A DNA stretch of 64,000 nt from Bugula neritina (GCA_964035545.1 OZ037765.1:15262698-15326697), one strand, 5' to 3'. Shown: positions 1-18,800, counted from the first letter of the stretch. Numbers and translations: made by a program. Notes: generated by a model from the letters alone, not told the origin.

Positions 1-3000
1 GCAACACACTGAAAGATACGGCAACATACTGAAGTATACTGCGACACATTGAAATATACTGCAGCATACTGAAATACTCTGTAGCATACTGAAATATACT
101 GTAACACACTGAAATATACTGCAACATACTGAAATACATTGTAACATACTGAAATATACTGCAACATACTGAAATACACCGTAACATACTGAAATATACT
201 GCAACATACTGCAACATACCGAAATACACTGTAACATACTGAAATACACTGCAACATACTGCAACATACTGAAATACACTGGAACATATTGAAACACACT
301 ACAACACATTGAAATATACTGCAACACACTGAAACATACAGCAATATACCAAAATATACTGCGACACATTGACATATACTGCAACATAGTTAAATAAAAT
401 GCAAGATACTGCAATATTCTGAAATACACTGTGACATACTGAAATACACTGCAACATACTGCAACATACTGCAACATACTGCAACATACTGCAACATACT
501 GAAATACACTGTAAAATATTGAAGTGCACTGCAACACATTGAAATATACTGCAACACACTGAAATATACGGCAACATACTGAAATATACTGCAACACATT
601 GAAATATACTGCAACATAGTCAAATATAATGCAAGATACTGTAACATTCTGAAATACACTGTGACATACTGAAATACACTGCAACATACTGCTACATACT
701 GCAACATACTGCAACATATTGAAATACACTGTCACATATTGAAGTACACTGCAACACATTGAAATATACTGCAACACACTGAAACATACGGCAACATACT
801 GAAATATACTGCAACACATTGAAATATACTGCAACATACTGAAATATGCTGTAGTATACTAAAATACACTGCAACACAGTGAAGTATACTGTAAAATACA
901 GAAATATACTGTAACATACTGAAACATATGTCAGAATACTGAAATGTACTGCGACATGCTGAAATATATTGCAACATACTGAATAACACTGTAACATACT
1001 CAATTACACTGCAACAAACTGCAACATACTGAACTACGCTGTAACATATTGAAATACGCTCCAACACATTGAAAGAAACTGCAACATACCTAAATATACG
1101 ATAATATACTGAAATATACTGTAACACATTAAAAAACATTGCAACATACTGAAACATGCTGTAGCACACTGAAATACACTGCAACATACTGAAATACACT
1201 GTAAAATACTGAAATACACCGCAACATACTGCAACATACTGAAATACACCGTAACCAACTGGAATATGCTGTAGCACACTGAAATATACTGCAACATACT
1301 GAAATATAATGCAAGTTACTACAACATACTGAAATACACTGTAACCAACTGGAATATACTGTAACACACTGAAATATACTGCAACACACTGCAACATACT
1401 GAAATACACTGTGACATACTGAAATACACTGCAACTTATTACAACATATTGAAATACACTGCAACACAATAAAATATACTGCAACACACTGAAACATACG
1501 GCAACATATTGAAATATACTGCAACACATTGAAATATACCGCAACATACTGAAATATGCTGTAGCACACTGAAATACACTTCAACCAACTGCAACATACT
1601 GAAATACACTGGAACATATTGAAATACACTACAACACATTGAAATATACTGCAACACACTGAAACATACAGCAACATACTGAAATATACTGCGACACATT
1701 GAGATATACTGCAACATAGTTCACTATAATGCAAGATAATGCAACATACTGAAATACACTGCAACACATTGAAATAAACCGCAACATACCTAAATATACG
1801 GTAACATACTGAAATATACTGTAACACATTGAAAAACATTGTAACATACTGAAACATACTGAAATATGCTGTAGCACACTGAAATACACCGCAATTCACT
1901 GAAAAATAGTGTAATATACGGAAATGTACCGTAACATACTGAAATATACTGTAACAGACTGAAATGTACTGTAACACACTGAAATATACTGCAACATGCT
2001 GAAATACACTGTAACATACTGAAATAAACTGCAACATACTGCAACATATCAAAATACACTGTAACAAACTGAAACACACTCCAACATACTACAACATACT
2101 GAAATACACTGTAACATATTGAAATACATCGCAACACATTGAAATATACCGCAACATACTGAAATATGCTGTAGCACACTGAAATACACTTCAACATACT
2201 GCAACATACTGAAATACAATGGAACATATTGAAATACACTACAACACATTGAAATATACTGCAACACACTGAAACATACAGCAACATACTGAAATATACT
2301 GCGACACATTGAGATATACCGCAACATAGTTAAATATAATGCAAGATACTGCAACATACTGCAATACACTCTGACATACTGAAATACACTGCGACACATT
2401 GAAATAAACCGCAACATACCTAAATATACGGTAACATACTGAAATATACTGTAACACATTGAAAAACATTGTAACATACTGAAACATACTGAAATATGCT
2501 GTAGCACACTGAAATACACCGCAATTCACTGAAAAATAGTGTAATATACGGAACTGTACCGAAATGTACTGAAATAAACTGTAACAGACTGAAATGTACT
2601 GCAACATGCTAAAATACACTGTAACATACTGAAATAAACTGCAAAATACTGCAACATACCAAAATACACTGTAACAAACTGAAATACACTCCAACATACT
2701 ACAACATACTGAAATATACTGTAACATATTGAAATACATCGCAACACATTGAAATATACTGCAACATACCGAAATATATGGTAAACTACTGAAATATACT
2801 GTAACACATTGAAACCTACCGCAAAATACTAAAATACACTGCAACACATTGAAGTATACTGTAATATATGGAAATGTAATGTAAAATACTTAAACATACG
2901 ACAACATACTAAAAAATATACTGCAACATACTGAATTACACTGCAATATACTGAAATATACTTCAACATACTGAAACATACCTAAAATTATTGAAATATA

Positions 3001-5610
3001 CTGAAATACAGTGTAGGATATTGAAATACACTGCAACAATTTTGAATATACAGCAACATACCGAATTATATGGTCACCTACTGAAATATGTTGCAAACTA
3101 CTGAAATACACTGCAACATACTGCAACATAATGAAATATACTGTAACACACTGGAATAAACTGCAAAATACTGAAATATACTGTAACATACTGAAACATA
3201 CTGCAACATACCGAAATATACTGCGACACATTGAAATATACTGCAACACATTGAAATATACTGCAACACACTGAAACATACGGCAACATATTGAACTATA
3301 CTGCAACACATTGAAATATACCGCAACATACTGCAACATACTGCAACATACTAAAATGCACTGTAAAATATTGAAGTGCACTGCAACACATTGATATATA
3401 CTGCAACACACTGATATATACAGCAACATACTGAAATATACTGCAACACAGTGAAATATACTGCAACATAGTCAAATATAATGCAAGATACTGCAACATT
3501 CTGAAATACACTGTGACATACTGAAATACACTGCAACATACTGCAACATACTGCAACATACTGAAATACACTGTCACATATTGAAGTACACAGCAACACA
3601 TTGAAATATACTGCAACACACTGAAACATACGGCAACATACTGAAATATACTGCAACGCATTGAAATATACTGCAACATACTGAAATATGCTGTAGTATA
3701 CTGAAATACACTGCAACATATTGTAGTACACTGTAATATACAGAAATGTACTGCAACATACTGAAACATATGTCAACATACTGAAATGTACTGCAACATG
3801 CTGAAACATATTGCAACATACTGAAATACACTGTAACAAACCCAATTACACTGCAACAAACTGCAACATACTGAATTACGCTGTAACATATTGAAATACG
3901 CTCTAACACATTGAAAGAAACTGCAACATACCTAAATATACGATAATATACTGAAATATACTGTAACATATTGAAAAACATTGCAACATACTGAAACATG
4001 CTGTAGCACACTGAAATACACTGCAACATACTGAAATACACTGTAAAATACTGAAATACACTGCAACATACTGCAACATACTGAAATACACTGTAACCTA
4101 GTGAAATACACTGCAACATACTACAACATACTGAAATACACTGTAACATTATGAACTACACTGCAACACATTAAAAAATACTGCAACATACCGAAATATA
4201 TGGCAAACTACTGAAATATACTGTAACACATTTAAAAAAACTGCATCATACTAAAATATACTGTAACACACTGAAATATACTGCAAAACACTGAAATACA
4301 TTGTAACATACTGAAATACACTGTAACATACTGAAATATACTGCAACACACTGCAACATGCTGAAATACGCTGTAACATACTGAAATACACTGCAACATA
4401 CTACAACACATTGAAATACACTGCAACACATTGAAATAAACCGCAACATACCTAAATATACGATAATATACTGAAATATACTGTAACACATTGAAAAACA
4501 TTGCAACTTACTGAAACATGCTGTAGCACACTGAAATACACTGCAACATACTGAAATACACTGTAAAATACTGAAATACACTGCAACATGCTGAAATACA
4601 CTGTAACCTACTGAAATAAGCTGTAGCACACTGAAATATACTGCAACATACTGAAATATAATGCAAGTTACTACAACATACTGAAATACACTGTGACATA
4701 CTGAGATACACTGCAACATATGGCAACATACTGCAACATACTGAAATACACTGTAACATATTGAATATCACTGCAACACCTTGAAATATACTGCAACACA
4801 CTGAAAGATACGGCAACATACTGAAATATACTGCGACACATTGAAATACACTGCAGCATACTGAAATATGCTGTAGTATACTGAAATATACTGTAACACA
4901 CTGTAATATACTGCAACATACTGCAACATACTGACATACATAGAACATACTGAAGTACACTGCAACATATTACAACATACTGAAACACACTGTAACCTAC
5001 TAAAATATGCTGTAGCACACTGAAATATACTGCAACATACTGGGATATAATGCAAGTTACTACAACATACTGAAATACAATGTGACATACTGAGATACAC
5101 TGCAACAGCTTGAAATATACTGCAACACACTGAAAGATACGGCAACATACTGAAGTATACTGCGACACATTGAAATATACTGCAGCATACTGAAATACTC
5201 TGTAGCATACTGAAATATACTGTAACACACTGAAATATACTGCAACATACTGAAATACATTGTAACATACTGAAATATACTGCAACATACTGAAATACAC
5301 CGTAACATACTGAAATATACTACAACATACTGCAACATACCGAAATACACTGTAACATACTGAAATACACTGCAACATACTGCAACATACTGAAATACAC
5401 TGGAACATATTGAAACACACTACAACACATTAAAATATACTGCAACACACTGAAACATACAGCAATATACCAAAATATACTGCGACACATTGACATATAC
5501 TGCAACATAGTTAAATATAATGCAAGATACTGCAATATTCTGAAACACACTGTGACATACTGAAATACACTGCAACATACTGCAACATACTGCAACATAC
5601 TGCAACATAC

Positions 5611-8600
5611 ACTGAAATACACTGTAAAATATTGAAGTGCACTGCAACACATTGAAATATACTGCAACACACTGAAATATACGGCAACATACTGAAATAT
5701 ACTGCAACACATTGAAATATACTGCAACATAGTCAAATATAATGCAAGATACTGTAACATTCTGAAATACACTGTGACATACTGAAATACACTGCAACAT
5801 ACTGCTACATACTGCAACATACTGCAACATATTGAAATACACTGTCACATATTGAAGTACACTGCAACACATTGAAATATACTGCAACACACTGAAACAT
5901 ACGGCAACATACTGAAATATACTGCAACACATTGAAATATACTGCAACATACTGAAATATGCTGTAGTATACTAAAATACACTGCAACACAGTGAAGTAT
6001 ACTGTAAAATACAGAAATATACTGTAACATACTGAAACATATGTCAGAATACTGAAATGTACTGCGACATGCTGAAATATATTGCAACATACTGAATAAC
6101 ACTGTAACATACTCAATTACACTGCAACAAACTGCAACATACTGAACTACGCTGTAACATATTGAAATACGCTCCAACACATTGAAAGAAACTGCAACAT
6201 ACCTAAATATACGATAATATACTGAAATATACTGTAACACATTAAAAAACATTGCAACATACTGAAACATGCTGTAGCACACTGAAATACACTGCAACAT
6301 ACTGAAATACACTGTAAAATACTGAAATACACCGCAACATACTGCAACATACTGAAATACACCGTAACCAACTGGAATATGCTGTAGCACACTGAAATAT
6401 ACTGCAACATACTGAAATATAATGCAAGTTACTACAACATACTGAATTACACTGCAACATACTGAAATACACTGTAAAATACTGAAATACACCGCAACAT
6501 ACTGCAACATACTGAAATACACCGTAACCAACTGGAATATGCTGTAGCACACTGAAATACACTGCAACATACTGAAATACACTGTAAAATACTGAAATAC
6601 ACTGCAACATACAGCAACATACTGAAATACACTGTAACCTACTGAAATACACTGGAACATACTACAACATACTGAAATACACAGTAACATTATGAATTAC
6701 ACTGCAACACATTGAAAAATAACTGCAACATACCGAAATATATGGTAAACTACTGAAAGATACTGTAACACATTGAAAAAAACTGCAACGTACTGAAATA
6801 TACTGTAGCACACTGAAATATACTGCAACATACTGAGATATAATGCAAGTTACTACAACATACTGAAATACACTGTGACATACTGAGATACACTGCAACA
6901 GCTTGAAATATACTGCAACACACTGAAAGATATGGCAACATACTGAAGTATACTGCGACACATTGAAATATACTGCAGCATACTGAAATACTCTGTAGCA
7001 TACTGAAATATACTGTAACACACTGAAACATACTGCAACATACTGAAATACATTGTAACATACTGAAATATACTGCAACATACTGAAATACACTGTAACA
7101 TACTGAAATATACTGCAACATACTGCAACATACCGAAATACACTGTAACATACTGAAATACACTGCAACATACTGCAACATACTGAAATACACTGGAACA
7201 TATTGAAACACACTACAACACATTGAAATATACTGCAACACACTGAAACATACAGCAATATACCAAAATATACTGCGACACATTGACATATACTGCAACA
7301 TAGTTAAATATAATGCAAGATACTGCAATATTCTGAAATACACTGTGACATACTGAAATACACTGCAACATACTGCAACATACTGCAACATACTGCAACA
7401 TACTGAAATACACTGTAAAATATTGAAGTGCACTGCAACACATTGAAATATACTGCAACACACTGAAATATACGGCAACATACTGAAATATACTGCAACA
7501 CATTGAAATATACTGCAACATAGTCAAATATAATGCAAGATACTGTAACATTCTGAAATACACTGTGACATACTGAAATACACTGCAACATACTGCTACA
7601 TACTGCAACATACTGCAACATATTGAAATACACTGTCACATATTGAAGTACACTGCAACACATTGAAATATACTGCAACACACTGAAACATACGGCAACA
7701 TACTGAAATATACTGCAACACATTGAAATATACTGCAACATACTGAAATATGCTGTAGTACACTAAAATACACTGCAACACAGTGAAGTATACTGTAAAA
7801 TACAGAAATATACTGTAACATACTGAAACATATGTCAGAATACTGAAATGTACTGCGACATGCTGAAATATATTGCAACATACTGAATAACACTGTAACA
7901 TACTCAATTACACTGCAACAAACTGCAACATACTGAACTACGCTGTAACATATTGAAATACGCTCCAACACATTGAAAGAAACTGCAACATACCTAAATA
8001 TACGATAATATACTGAAATATACTGTAACACATTAAAAAACATTGCAACATACTGAAACATGCTGTAGCACACTGAAATACACTGCAACATACTGAAATA
8101 CACTGTAAAATACTGAAATACACCGCAACATACTGCAACATACTGAAATACACCGTAACCAACTGGAATATGCTGTAGCACACTGAAATATACTGCAACA
8201 TACTGAAATATAATGCAAGTTACTACAACATACTGAATTACACTGCAACATACTGAAATACACTGTAAAATACTGAAATACACCGCAACATACTGCAACA
8301 TACTGAAATACACCGTAACCAACTGGAATATGCTGTAGCACACTGAAATACACTGCAACATACTGAAATACACTGTAAAATACTGAAATACACTGCAACA
8401 TACAGCAACATACTGAAATACACTGTAACCTACTGAAATACACTGGAACATACTACAACATACTGAAATACACAGTAACATTATGAATTACACTGCAACA
8501 CATTGAAAAATAACTGCAACATACCGAAATATATGGTAAACTACTGGAAGATACTGTAACACATTGAAAAAAACTGCAACGTACTGAAATATACTGTAGC

Positions 8601-9192
8601 ACACTGAAATATACTGCAACATACTGAGATATAATGCAAGTTACTACAACATACTGAAATACACTGTGACATACTGAGATACACTGCAACAGCTTGAAAT
8701 ATACTGCAACACACTGAAAGATATGGCAACATACTGAAGTATACTGCGACACATTGAAATATACTGCAGCATACTGAAATACTCTGTAGCATACTGAAAT
8801 ATACTGTAACACACTGAAACATACTGCAACATACTGAAATACATTGTAACATACTGAAATATACTGCAACATACTGAAATACACTGTAACATACTGAAAT
8901 ATACTGCAACATACTGCAACATACCGAAATACACTGTAACATACTGAAATACACTGCAACATACTGCAACATACTGAAATACACTGGAACATATTGAAAC
9001 ACACTACAACACATTGAAATATACTGCAACACACTGAAACATACAGCAATATACCAAAATATACTGCGACACATTGACATATACTGCAACATAGTTAAAT
9101 ATAATGCAAGATACTGCAATATTCTGAAATACACTGTGACATACTGAAATACACTGCAACATACTGCAACATACTGCAACATACTGCAACAT
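5611..9192 (+). repeat. Higher-order tandem duplication, 2 x 1791 bp (~5611-7401 and ~7402-9192)
   Basis: Near-identical pseudo-ORFs at a constant offset of 1791 (5805/7596, 5845/7636, 6662/8453, 6853/8644). Boundaries are approximate. Confidence 0.88.
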
Positions 9193-9864
9193 ACTGCAAC
9201 ATACTGAAATACACTGTAAAATATTGAAGTGCACTGCAACACATTGAAATATACTGCAACACACTGAAAGATACGGCAACATACTGAAATATACTGCGAC
9301 ACATTGAAATATACTGCAGAATACTGAAATATGCTGTAGCATACTGAAATATACTGTAACACACTGAAATATACTGCAACACACTGCAACAACCTGAAAT
9401 ACACTGTGACATACTGAAATACACTGCAACTTATTACAACATATTGAAATACACTGCAACACAATAAAATATACTGCAACACACTGAAACATACGGCAAC
9501 ATATTGAAATATACTGCAACACATTGAAATATACCGCAACATACTGAAATATGCTGTAGCACACTGAAATACACTTCAACCAACTGCAACATACTGAAAT
9601 ACACTGGAACATATTGAAATACACTACAACACATTGAAATATACTGCAACACACTGAAACATACAGCAACATACTGAAATATACTGCGACACATTGAGAT
9701 ATACTGCAACATAGTTCACTATAATGCAAGATAATGCAACATTCTGAAATACACTGTCACATATTGAAATACACTGCAACATACTGCAACATACTGCAGC
9801 ATACTGAAATACACTGTAACATATTGAAGTGCACTGCAACACATTGAAATATACTGCAACATAC

Positions 9865-12800
9865 TGAAATATAATGCAAGTTACTACAACATACTGAATT
9901 ACACTGCAACATACTGAAATACACTGTAAAATACTGAAATACACCGCAACATACTGCAACATACTGAAATACACCGTAACCAACTGGAATATGCTGTAGC
10001 ACACTGAAATACACTGCAACATACTGAAATACACTGTAAAATACTGAAATACACTGCAACATACAGCAACATACTGAAATACACTGTAACCTACTGAAAT
10101 ACACTGGAACATACTACAACATACTGAAATACACAGTAACATTATGAATTACACTGCAACACATTGAAAAATAACTGCAACATACCGAAATATATGGTAA
10201 ACTACTGAAAGATACTGTAACACATTGAAAAAAACTGCAACGTACTGAAATATACTGTAGCACACTGAAATATACTGCAACATACTGAGATATAATGCAA
10301 GTTACTACAACATACTGAAATACACTGTGACATACTGAGATACACTGCAACAGCTTGAAATATACTGCAACACACTGAAAGATACGGCAACATACTGAAG
10401 TATACTGCGACACATTGAAATATACTGCAGCATACTGAAATACTCTGTAGCATACTGAAATATACTGTAACACACTGAAACATACTGCAACATACTGAAA
10501 TACATTGTAACATACTGAAATATACTGCAACATACTGAAATACACTGTAACATACTGAAATATACTGCAACATACTGCAACATACCGAAATACACTGTAA
10601 CATACTGAAATACACTGCAACATACTGCAACATACTGAAATACACTGGAACATATTGAAACACACTACAACACATTGAAATATACTGCAACACACTGAAA
10701 CATACAGCAATATACCAAAATATACTGCGACACATTGACATATACTGCAACATAGTTAAATATAATGCAAGATACTGCAATATTCTGAAATACACTGTGA
10801 CATACTGAAATACACTGCAACATACTGCAACATACTGCAACATACTGCAACATACTGAAATACACTGTAAAATATTGAAGTGCACTGCAACACATTGAAA
10901 TATACTGCAACACACTGAAAGATACGGCAACATACTGAAATATACTGCGACACATTGAAATATACTGCAGAATACTGAAATATGCTGTAGCATACTGAAA
11001 TATACTGTAACACACTGAAATATACTGCAACACACTGCAACAACCTGAAATACACTGTGACATACTGAAATACACTGCAACTTATTACAACATATTGAAA
11101 TACACTGCAACACAATAAAATGTACTGCAACACACTGAAACATACGGCAACATATTGAAATATACTGCAACACATTGAAATATACCGCAACATACTGAAA
11201 TATGCTGTAGCACACTGAAATACACTTCAACCAACTGCAACATACTGAAATACACTGGAACATATTGAAATACACTACAACACATTGAAATATACTGCAA
11301 CACACTGAAACATACAGCAACATACTGAAATATACTGCGACACATTGAGATATACTGCAACATAGTTCACTATAATGCAAGATAATGCAACATACTGAAA
11401 TACACTGCAACACATTGAAATAAACCGCAACATACCTAAATATACGGTAACATACTGAAATATACTGTAACACATTGAAAAACATTGTAACATACTGAAA
11501 CATACTGAAATATGCTGTAGCACACTGAAATACACCGCAATTCACTGAAAAATAGTGTAATATACGGAAATGTACCGTAACATACTGAAATATACTGTAA
11601 CAGACTGAAATGTACTGTAACACACTGAAATATACTGCAACATGCTGAAATACACTCTGACATACTGAAATACACTGCGACACATTGAAATAAACCGCAA
11701 CATACCTAAATATACGGTAACATACTGAAATATACTGTAACACATTGAAAAACATTGTAACATACTGAAACATACTGAAATATGCTGTAGCACACTGAAA
11801 TACACCGCAATTCACTGAAAAATAGTGTAATATACGGAAATGTACCGAAACATACTGAAATAAACTGTAACAGACTGAAATGTACTGTAACACACTGAAA
11901 TATACTGCAACATGCTGAAATACACTGTAACATACTGAAATAAACTGCAAAATACTGCAACATACCAAAATACACTGTAACAAACTGAAATACACTCCAA
12001 CATACTACAACATACTGAAATATACTGTAACATATTGAAATACATCGCAACACATTGAAATATACTGCAACATACCGAAATATATGGTAAACTACTGAAA
12101 TATACTGTAACACATTGAAACCTACCGCAAAATACTAAAATACACTGCAACACATTGAAGTATACTGTAATATATAGAAATGTACTGTAAAATACTTAAA
12201 CATACGACAACATACTAAAAAATATACTGCAACATACTGAATTACACTGCAATATACTGAAATATACTTCAACATACTGAAACATACCTAAAATTATTGA
12301 AAAATACTGAAATACAGTGTAGGATATTGAAATACACTGCAACAATTTTGAATATACAGCAACATACCGAATTATATGGTCACCTACTGAAATATGTTGC
12401 AAACTACTGAAATACACTGCAACATACTGCAACATAATGAAATATACTGTAACACACTGGAATAGACTGCAAAATACTGAAATATACTGTAACATACTGA
12501 AACATACTGCAACATACCGAAATATACTGCGACACATTGAAATATACTGCAACACATTGAAATATACTGCAACACACTGAAACATACGGCAACATATTGA
12601 AATATACTGCATCACATTGAAATATACCGCAACATACTGCAACATACTGCAACATACTAAAATGCACTGTAAAATATTGAAGTGCACTGCAACACATTGA
12701 TATATACTGCAACACACTGATATATACAGCAACATACTGAAATATACTGCGACACATTGAGATATACTGCAACATAGTTCACTGTAATGCAAGATACTGC

Positions 12801-15800
12801 AACATTCTGAAATACACTGTGACATACTGAAATACACTGCAACATACTGCAACATACTGCAACATACTGCAACATACTGAAATACACTGTCACATATTGA
12901 AGTACACTGCAACACATTGAAATATACTGCAACACACTGAAACATACGGCAACATACTGAAATATACTGCAACGCATTGAAATATACTGCAACATACTGA
13001 AATATGCTGTAGTATACTGAAATACACTGCAACATATTGTAGTACACTGTAATATACAGAAATGTACTGCAACATACTGAAACATATGTCAACATACTGA
13101 AATGTACTGCAACATGCTGAAATATATTGCAACATACTGAAATACACTGTAACAAACCCAATTACACTGCAACAAACTGCAACATACTGAATTACGCTGT
13201 AACATATTGAAATACGCTCTAACACATTGAAAGAAACTGCAACATACCTAAATATACGATAATATACTGAAATATACTGTAACACATTGAAAAACATTGC
13301 AACATACTGAAACATGCTGTAGCACACTGAAATACACTGCAACATACTGAAATACACTGTAAAATACTGAAATACACTGCAACATACTGCAACATACTGA
13401 AATACACTGTAACCTAGTGAAATACACTGCAACATACTACAACATACTGAAATACACTGTAACATTATGAACTACACTGCAACACATTAAAAAATACTGC
13501 AACATACCGAAATATATGGTAAACTACTGAAATATACTGTAACACATTTAAAAAAACTGCATCATACTAAAATATACTGTAACACACTGAAATATACTGC
13601 AAAACACTGAAATACATTGTAACATACTGAAATACACTGTAACATACTGAAATATACTGCAACACACTGCAACATGCTGAAATACGCTGTAACATACTGA
13701 AATGCACTGCAACATACTACAACATATTGAAATACACTGCAACACATTGAAATATACTGCAACACACTGAAACATACGGCAGCATATTGAAATATACTGC
13801 AACACATTGAAATATACCGCAACATACTGAAATATGCTGTAGCACACTGAAATACACTGCAACCCACTATAATATAGTGTAATATACAGAAATGTACTGT
13901 AACATAGTGAAATATACTGTAACATACTGAAAGATACTGCAACATACTGAAGTACACTGCAACATACTGCAACATACTGAAATACACTGGAACATATTGA
14001 AATACACTACAACACATTGCAATATACTGCAACACACTGAAACGTACGGCAACATACTGAAATATACTGCGACACATTGAGATATACTGCAACATAGTTA
14101 AATATAATGCAAGATACTGCGACATACTGAAATACACTGTGACATACTGAAATACCCTGCAACATACTGCAACATACTGGAATACACTGCAACACATTGA
14201 AATAAACCGCAACATACCTAAATATACGGTAATATACTGAAATATACTGTAACACATCAAAAAACATTGCAACATACTGCAACATACTGAATTACGCTGT
14301 AACATTTTGAAATACACTACAACACATTGCAATATACTGCAACACACTGAAACGTACGGCAACATACTGAAATATACTGCGACACATTGAGATATACTGC
14401 AACATAGTTAAATATAATGCAAGATACTGCGACATACTGAAATACACTGTGACATACTGAAATACACTGCAACATACTACAACACATTGAAATACACTGC
14501 AACACATTGAAATAAACCGCAACATACCTAAATATACGATAATATACTGAAATATACTGTAACACATTGAAAAACATTGCAACTTACTGAAACATGCTGT
14601 AGCACACTGAAATACACTGCAACATACTGAAATACACTGTAAAATACTGAAATACACTGCAACATGCTGAAATACACTGTAACCTACTGAAATATGCTGT
14701 AGCACACTGAAATATACTGCAACATACTGAAATATAATGCAAGTTACTACAACATACTGAAATACACTGTGACATACTGAGATACACTGCAACATATGGC
14801 AACATACTGCAACATACTGAAATACACTGTAACATATTGAATATCACTGCAACACCTTGAAATATACTGCAACACACTGAAAGATACGGCAACATACTGA
14901 AATATACTGCGACACATTGAAATATACTGCAGCATACTGAAATATGCTGTAGTATACTGAAATATACTGTAACACACTGTAATATACTGCAACATACTGC
15001 AACATACTGACATACATAGAACATACTGAAATACACTGCAACATATTACAACATACTGAAACACACTGTAACCTACTAAAATATGCTGTAGCACACTGAA
15101 ATATACTGCAACATACTGAGATATAATGCAAGTTACTACAACATACTGAAATACAATGTGACATACTGAGATACACTGCAACAGCTTGAAATATACTGCA
15201 ACACACTGAAAGATACGGCAACATACTGAAGTATACTGCGACACATTGAAATATACTGCAGCATACTGAAATACTCTGTAGCATACTGAAATATACTGTA
15301 ACACACTGAAATATACTGCAACATACTGAAAAACATTGTAACATACTGAAATATACTGCAACATACTGAAATACACCGTAACATACTGAAATATACTGCA
15401 ACATACTGCAACATACCGAAATACATTGTAACATACTGAAATACACTGCAACATACTGCAACATACTGAAATACACTGGAACATATTGAAACACACTACA
15501 ACACATTGAAATATACTGCAACACACTGAAACATACAGCAATATACCAAAATATACTGCGACACATTGACATATACTGCAACATAGTTAAATATAATGCA
15601 AGATACTGCAGTATTCTGAAATACACTGCAACATACTGCAACATACTGCAACATACTGCAACATACTGAAATACACTGTAAAATATTGAAGTGCACTGCA
15701 ACACATTGAAATATACTGCAACACACTGAAATATACGGCAACATACTGAAATATACTGCAACACATTGAAATATACTGCAACATAGTCAAATATAATGCA

Positions 15801-18800
15801 AGATACTGTAACATTCTGAAATACACTGTGACATACTGAAATACACTGCAACATACTGCTACATACTGCAACATACTGCAACATAATGAAATACCCTGTC
15901 ACATATTGAAGTACACTGCAACACATTGAAATATACTGCAACACACTGAAATATAATGCAAGTTACTACAACATACTGAATTACACTGCAACATACTGAA
16001 ATACACTGTAAAATACTGAAATACACCGCAACATACTGCAACATACTGAAATACACCGTAACCAACTGGAATATGCTGTAGCACACTGAAATACACTGCA
16101 ACATACTGAAATACACTGTAAAATACTGAAATACACTGCAACATACAGCAACATACTGAAATACACTGTAACCTACTGAAATACACTGGAACATACTACA
16201 ACATACTGAAATACACAGTAACATTATGAATTACACTGCAACACATTGAAAAATAACTGCAACATACCGAAATATTTGGTAAACTACTGAAAGATACTGT
16301 AACACATTGAAAAAAACTGCAACGTACTGAAATATACTGTAGCACACTGAAATATACTGCAACATACTGAGATATAATGCAAGTTACTACAACATACTGA
16401 AATACACTGTGACATACTGAGATACACTGCAACAGCTTGAAATATACTGCAACACACTGAAAGATACGGCAACATACTGAAGTATACTGCGACACATTGA
16501 AATATACTGCAGCATACTGAAATACTCTGTAGCATACTGAAATATACTGTAACACACTGAAACATACTGCAACATACTGAAATACATTGTAACATACTGA
16601 AATATACTGCAACATACTGAAATACACTGTAACATACTGAAATATACTGCAACATACTGCAACATACCGAAATACACTGTAACATACTGAAATACACTGC
16701 AACATACTGCAACATACTGAAATACACTGGAACATATTGAAACACACTACAACACATTGAAATATACTGCAACACACTGAAACATACAGCAATATACCAA
16801 AATATACTGCGACACATTGACATATACTGCAACATAGTTAAATATAATGCAAGATACTGCAATATTCTGAAATACACTGTGACATACTGAAATACACTGC
16901 AACATACTGCAACATACTGCAACATACTGCAACATACTGAAATACACTGTAAAATATTGAAGTGCACTGCAACACATTGAAATATACTGCAACACACTGA
17001 AAGATACGGCAACATACTGAAATATACTGCGACACATTGAAATATACTGCAGAATACTGAAATATGCTGTAGCATACTGAAATATACTGTAACACACTGA
17101 AATATACTGCAACACACTGCAACAACCTGAAATACACTGTGACATACTGAAATACACTGCAACTTATTACAACATATTGAAATACACTGCAACACAATAA
17201 AATATACTGCAACACACTGAAACATACGGCAACATATTGAAATATACTGCAACACATTGAAATATACCGCAACATACTGAAATATGCTGTAGCACACTGA
17301 AATACACTTCAACCAACTGCAACATACTGAAATACACTGGAACATATTGAAATACACTACAACACATTGAAATATACTGCAACACACTGAAACATACAGC
17401 AACATACTGAAATATACTGCGACACATTGAGATATACTGCAACATAGTTCACTATAATGCAAGATAATGCAACATACTGAAATACACTGCAACACATTGA
17501 AATAAACCGCAACATACCTAAATATACGGTAACATACTGAAATATACTGTAACACATTGAAAAACATTGTAACATACTGAAACATACTGAAATATGCTGT
17601 AGCACACTGAAATACACCGCAATTCACTGAAAAATAGTGTAATATACGGAAATGTACCGTAACATACTGAAATATACTGTAACAGACTGAAATGTACTGT
17701 AACACACTGAAATATACTGCAACATGCTGAAATACACTCTGACATACTGAAATACACTGCGACACATTGAAATAAACCGCAACATACCTAAATATACGGT
17801 AACATACTGAAATATACTGTAACACATTGAAAAACATTGTAACATACTGAAACATACTGAAATATGCTGTAGCACACTGAAATACACCGCAATTCACTGA
17901 AAAATAGTGTAATATACGGAAATGTACCGAAACATACTGAAATAAACTGTAACAGACTGAAATGTACTGTAACACACTGAAATATACTGCAACATGCTGA
18001 AATACACTGTAACATACTGAAATAAACTGCAAAATACTGCAACATACCAAAATACACTGTAACAAACTGAAATACACTCCAACATACTACAACATACTGA
18101 AATATACTGTAACATATTGAAATACATCGCAACACATTGAAATATACTGCAACATACCGAAATATATGGTAAACTACTGAAATATACTGTAACACATTGA
18201 AACCTACCGCAAAATACTAAAATACACTGCAACACATTGAAGTATACTGTAATATATAGAAATGTACTGTAAAATACTTAAACATACGACAACATACTAA
18301 AAAATATACTGCAACATACTGAATTACACTGCAATATACTGAAATATACTTCAACATACTGAAACATACCTAAAATTATTGAAAAATACTGAAATACAGT
18401 GTAGGATATTGAAATACACTGCAACAATTTTGAATATACAGCAACATACCGAATTATATGGTCACCTACTGAAATATGTTGCAAACTACTGAAATACACT
18501 GCAACATACTGCAACATAATGAAATATACTGTAACACACTGGAATAGACTGCAAAATACTGAAATATACTGTAACATACTGAAACATACTGCAACATACC
18601 GAAATATACTGCGACACATTGAAATATACTGCAACACATTGAAATATACTGCAACACACTGAAACATACGGCAACATATTGAAATATACTGCATCACATT
18701 GAAATATACCGCAACATACTGCAACATACTGCAACATACTAAAATGCACTGTAAAATATTGAAGTGCACTGCAACACATTGATATATACTGCAACACACT

